Assembly: GCA_963727455.1 (NCBI GenBank)
Contig: CAVSGG010000009.1
Location: 288,001 to 352,000, forward strand
Direction of reading: 5' to 3'
Length of the DNA stretch: 64,000 nt
Source of the DNA: Candidatus Krumholzibacteriota bacterium
GTDB taxonomy: Bacteria; Krumholzibacteriota; Krumholzibacteriia; JAJRXK01
The stretch's first letter is position 1; each line of letters opens with the position of its first letter. The notes under the pieces are model-generated. The model was not told the origin of the DNA. It saw only the letters and a list, made by a program, of their open reading frames with translations, and did not search any database. Made by a program: the position numbers and the translations under genes. Of this stretch, positions 60,616 through 64,000 are shown in pieces.

Positions 60616-62439
60616 ATGAAGATCACGAGCATCCAGAGGGATGCCAGCTTCGCATTCATCATTCTGTTCTGCGGTGTCCTCTTCGGACCATCCGGTTGCA
60701 GCGATAGCAAGACCAGCACCGAACCAACGACGAATCCGGTTGCGCCTCAGGTGGTGACCGTACAACCCAGCAATCTGGATGCCTCAGTGGATCCCATGCA
60801 GACAGTACGGGTGACCTTCGATCAGCCTCTCGACACCACTCAAGATCTGAGCGGACTCATCGGACTGGGTTCGGCCTCCGTCACCCAGGTCAACCGACCG
60901 GCAAACAACGTGATCGAGGTGGAACACACGAGTTGGAACCAGGGAGAGCACGTGATGGTGACGCTCGATTCGAGCATCAAGAGCGCCAGCGGCGGCACCC
61001 TGGGAAGCCCCTATTCCTGGAGTTTCTGGACCCAGACCAGTTCCGTGCTTTTCCTGAGCAGCATCCCCGCCGATCAAGCCACCGGAGTGAACACCAACGC
61101 GCAGATGACTCTGCTCTTTTCCACCACGATGGACGTCTCTTCGCTCTCCAGCGAAATCTCGGCACAAGAGGTGCTCCCGGATCCCCCGGGCGGATTCAAT
61201 GATCTCGCATTCCATGTCACTGCAGGGGGGGACAGCTGGATCACCCTGAGTTTTGATTCGGCGCTCCCTGCCAACGCCACGATCCGGGTGACCATTCCCG
61301 TCACGGCGCAGGCCGATGACGGGCGCAACCTCAGCACCCAAGCGGTCATCGAGTTCGAGACGGGGGCTACGGGGGATACCACGCCGCCGAATCTCGTGTC
61401 GATGGAACCGGCCAATGGCTCGACGATTTCACCAAACACCTCGTTCATTCGCTTCACCTTCGACGAGCCGATCGATCCGAACGACTTCGACCCCTCGGTC
61501 GTCGGGGCCCAGCTGTTCTTCCTGGTAAACTCGGCGGGACAGCAAACGCAGTGGTCGGACAATTTCACCGTCTTCACGGTTCCATTGCCCCACCCGCTCC
61601 CCAGTGGGCTTCCCCTGCGCGCCACCTTCGACCATTTCACGGACATGGCGGGCAACGCCAACACCTCGGGACTGGACCTCTCGCTCACCGTGAGCGGCGA
61701 TGTCGACTACTACCCCTTCCTCGACGGCTTCAAGTTCGGTTTCGAAAGCATCAGCTACTACGACCAGGGTTCTGGTCAGATGGGTCCGCAATTCTACGGG
61801 ACCTACGAGAGTCTGCGGCGTGAGGACGCAACGACCTGGAATCGCGTGAGCTATGACGATGTCTTCCAGACGGAGAACGGCTGGGACATCCTGAGCCGCA
61901 CCAGCAACGCCGTCAAACTCATGGGCTTCACCGAGTACGATGGCGGCACGCTGGTCGAGACAACGCTGAGCCCGCCGGTGGATTGGCTGAAACTCCCCCC
62001 CAGCGCCCAGACTTGGAGTGGAACCACCACCGCATCCAACACCGGTGGCACCATTCAGATCGAATACTCGGCGCAGCTCGTGGGGCAGGAGGATCTACCT
62101 CTGTCGCCCGACATTCCATTCAGCGGGCGGTCCGGCTGGCCCATCTTGTCCAAGCAGATTGTGGGACCACAGATCATCTGGTACGACTGCTGGAAGTGGA
62201 TCCTCGACTTCGCGATGAAGGACGGCGGGGTTACCGTCCAATCGGGCGCGGACACCCTCTGGTACGCAGCCGGCATCGGCAAGGTGTGGGAACGCGACCG
62301 GGAGGAAGATAATTCGGGCAACTGGGACTGGACGCAGAATTACCTCATGGATCTGTCCCTGCCGGGTTACGACTTCCCGGAGGCGAAGTCGGCCAAGATG
62401 ATAAAACCTGAGAGCTCCTCATTCTCTCGGTGGCGGTAG
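60616..62439 (+). CDS. Lipoprotein with three Ig-like (Big_5/SbsA-type) domains
   Basis: Lipobox PSGC; repeats of P..VQP/IPA/MEPA...VTFDQP/LLFSTTM/FTFDEPID; C-terminal WYAAGIGKV. Confidence 0.75.
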   Translation: MKITSIQRDASFAFIILFCGVLFGPSGCSDSKTSTEPTTNPVAPQVVTVQPSNLDASVDPMQTVRVTFDQPLDTTQDLSGLIGLGSASVTQVNRPANNVIEVEHTSWNQGEHVMVTLDSSIKSASGGTLGSPYSWSFWTQTSSVLFLSSIPADQATGVNTNAQMTLLFSTTMDVSSLSSEISAQEVLPDPPGGFNDLAFHVTAGGDSWITLSFDSALPANATIRVTIPVTAQADDGRNLSTQAVIEFETGATGDTTPPNLVSMEPANGSTISPNTSFIRFTFDEPIDPNDFDPSVVGAQLFFLVNSAGQQTQWSDNFTVFTVPLPHPLPSGLPLRATFDHFTDMAGNANTSGLDLSLTVSGDVDYYPFLDGFKFGFESISYYDQGSGQMGPQFYGTYESLRREDATTWNRVSYDDVFQTENGWDILSRTSNAVKLMGFTEYDGGTLVETTLSPPVDWLKLPPSAQTWSGTTTASNTGGTIQIEYSAQLVGQEDLPLSPDIPFSGRSGWPILSKQIVGPQIIWYDCWKWILDFAMKDGGVTVQSGADTLWYAAGIGKVWERDREEDNSGNWDWTQNYLMDLSLPGYDFPEAKSAKMIKPESSSFSRWR

Positions 62440-62444
62440 AAACG

Positions 62445-62475
62445 AGCGCGCGGGGCAGAACAGGCCCCGCGCGCT
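62445..62475. terminator. 12-bp GC-rich hairpin between convergent genes
   Basis: AGCGCGCGGGGC-agaacag-GCCCCGCGCGCT. Confidence 0.65.
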
Positions 62476-63001
62476 ATTTCGTGAACTCGAAGTTCTGGGG
62501 ATCGTAGCCCGCCTCCTCCAAGCGAGAGAGGATGCGGGCGAGAGTCGCGTTATCGAGGGATGGCTGCCGGGCCAGAATCCAGCCGTACTTGCGCTGCGGA
62601 TGGCCCACGATCGCCCACTGGTAGTCCTCCCCCAAACCGATCACCCAGTAGTCTCCCCAGAAGAGCTGCTTTCCCAGGATGCTCACGAAGCTCACTTGGA
62701 GTCGTGCCGGGTTCCCTCCGCTGGCGATACGCGCAATCCCGCGGGCCTGCAGGATCTTCCCGTTCTCCTTGCGACAGCGATTGGTCACCTCGATGCGACC
62801 GTCGTTTCGCAGAGTGTACTCGGCCGTCGTGTTCGAAGCGCACTCGCGCTGGAAGCGGTTGGGTATGCGAGCTATCTCGTACCAGTGACCGGCATAGCGT
62901 TGCAAGTCGAGCCCGTCGACCACGCGCGGAGCATGCTCGGCGGTGGACTCCGCACGAGCACTGGTGGCCATCATGGCCAGAAAACACAGAGCAAGGATCA
63001 C
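62474..63001 (-). CDS. blc: Bacterial lipocalin
   Basis: DLQRYAGHWYEIAR, GDYWVI, YGWILAR. Confidence 0.9.
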   Translation of the reverse strand: MILALCFLAMMATSARAESTAEHAPRVVDGLDLQRYAGHWYEIARIPNRFQRECASNTTAEYTLRNDGRIEVTNRCRKENGKILQARGIARIASGGNPARLQVSFVSILGKQLFWGDYWVIGLGEDYQWAIVGHPQRKYGWILARQPSLDNATLARILSRLEEAGYDPQNFEFTK

Positions 63002-63552
63002 CTTGTTTCTCTCCTATCTCTTTCGTCCGGCATCTCCGCGAGCCTGGGGCGGGGACGGTAGAAGCTCTGGGAAGCAAGATAGCGCTCGTCGAAACGCAGA
63101 ATCCAGGACCACAGGAGAGTCAACAGGGCGCTCAGAGGGAGCCGCTGCGCGCGATAGTCTTCGATCAATCCTAGAAAGTGTGCCCTCTCCGGCGGGGAAA
63201 CTCGATCCTTGAAATAACCGAAGGCGTGCTCCAGCGCGTTGATGGTGCTGCCCGTCCGCGGAGTTCTGGCCAGTGCGCTTTTTAGTAATCGTCCGTACTC
63301 GGGTAGGATGTCTTCGAGGGGGCGCTGGCCGCAGGAGGCAACGAGCGGTCCCATGCGGCGCAAGTTTCCCTCATCGCAGGCGAGTAGAAGGTGCTTGTGC
63401 CGACGATGGAAGTCGACCAGAGCGCCGCGCGAGGGATTCTCGCGCAGCATCTGCCGAAATTCGGCCAAGGCGAAGCTCCGTGTCAGAAGCTGCTGCCGCG
63501 CGACCGGATCGTTGATCGTACTCAACGACTCAAAACAAGTTCTGGTTTGCAT
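62998..63552 (-). CDS. DUF1722 (YbgA) protein
   Basis: LVDFHRRHKHLLLA, NALEHAFGYFK, YLASQSF; next to photolyase as is typical. Confidence 0.85.
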   Translation of the reverse strand: MQTRTCFESLSTINDPVARQQLLTRSFALAEFRQMLRENPSRGALVDFHRRHKHLLLACDEGNLRRMGPLVASCGQRPLEDILPEYGRLLKSALARTPRTGSTINALEHAFGYFKDRVSPPERAHFLGLIEDYRAQRLPLSALLTLLWSWILRFDERYLASQSFYRPRPRLAEMPDERDRRETR

Positions 63553-64000
63553 AGCGTTCGAGGTATTCCTTCACGCGCAGCTTGCGCGCCGTGTTCTTGC
63601 AGCTCATGTAACGGATCTTGCCGAAGACCTCTCTCTCAGGTCCCCAGGCTCGGTCGTAGCGCCCCAGAACCCAGAAGATACCGCTTGATGGAATTGGGAT
63701 CGCGTCCATCCAGGGCATACTTGTCGTTCAGCTGCAGCATGGATTCGAGTGCTTCGCGGGGGCTAGAGCTCCAGTGCAGGATCTTCTTGCCCCAGAGCAT
63801 GCGCAGGTAGTTGTGGATTTCTCCTTTGCGCACGAGTTGTGTCTGCGCCGCATTCCACAGTGGATCGTGGGTCCGCGCTTCCTCAAATTCCTTCAAGGCG
63901 TAGCTATACGGACGCGGGTCATTTTCGTGCTCCTGCAGCGTCGCCCGCGCCCAGTCCGGCAGCGAATCGTATTCGCGTAGTCCTTCAAAAAGCGCGCCGC
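63530..64000 (-). pseudogene. phr: Class II CPD photolyase, 3' part, with a 1-nt frameshift at about 63685
   Basis: [38 protein letters not shown] in one frame; [26 protein letters not shown] in another. Confidence 0.8.

Overview
GC-rich, densely coding bacterial chromosome segment (about 58 genes) with no rRNA, tRNA, CRISPR array or mobile element that I could recognise. Recognisable content: carbamate kinase (partial), AmmeMemoRadiSam radical SAM and an exported Memo protein, NifU/Nfu, a YtrA-type GntR/ABC operon with its operator, nrtR-nadA with NrtR boxes, a Ser/Thr kinase, rpiB-tal-Na/Pi-phoU, egtB, aconitase, SCO/DUF420/CtaA-CtaB fusion/globin, gpmA, an ammonia-lyase, cydAB, ahpC, bacilliredoxin, an SppA-like protease, metal transporters and a frameshifted class II photolyase. 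A C-terminal 'VAAQSTGFGGLKARFR' tail suggests a Krumholzibacteriota/Latescibacterota/Eisenbacteria-like host (inference). The top find is a bacterial histone-fold gene (49271-49537, minus) with a 28-aa Lys/Arg-rich N-terminal tail and an internal SD+ATG that could give a tail-less isoform. It lies convergent to a putative bacterial CLN6 homologue. All calls come from motif recognition by eye; no searches were run.
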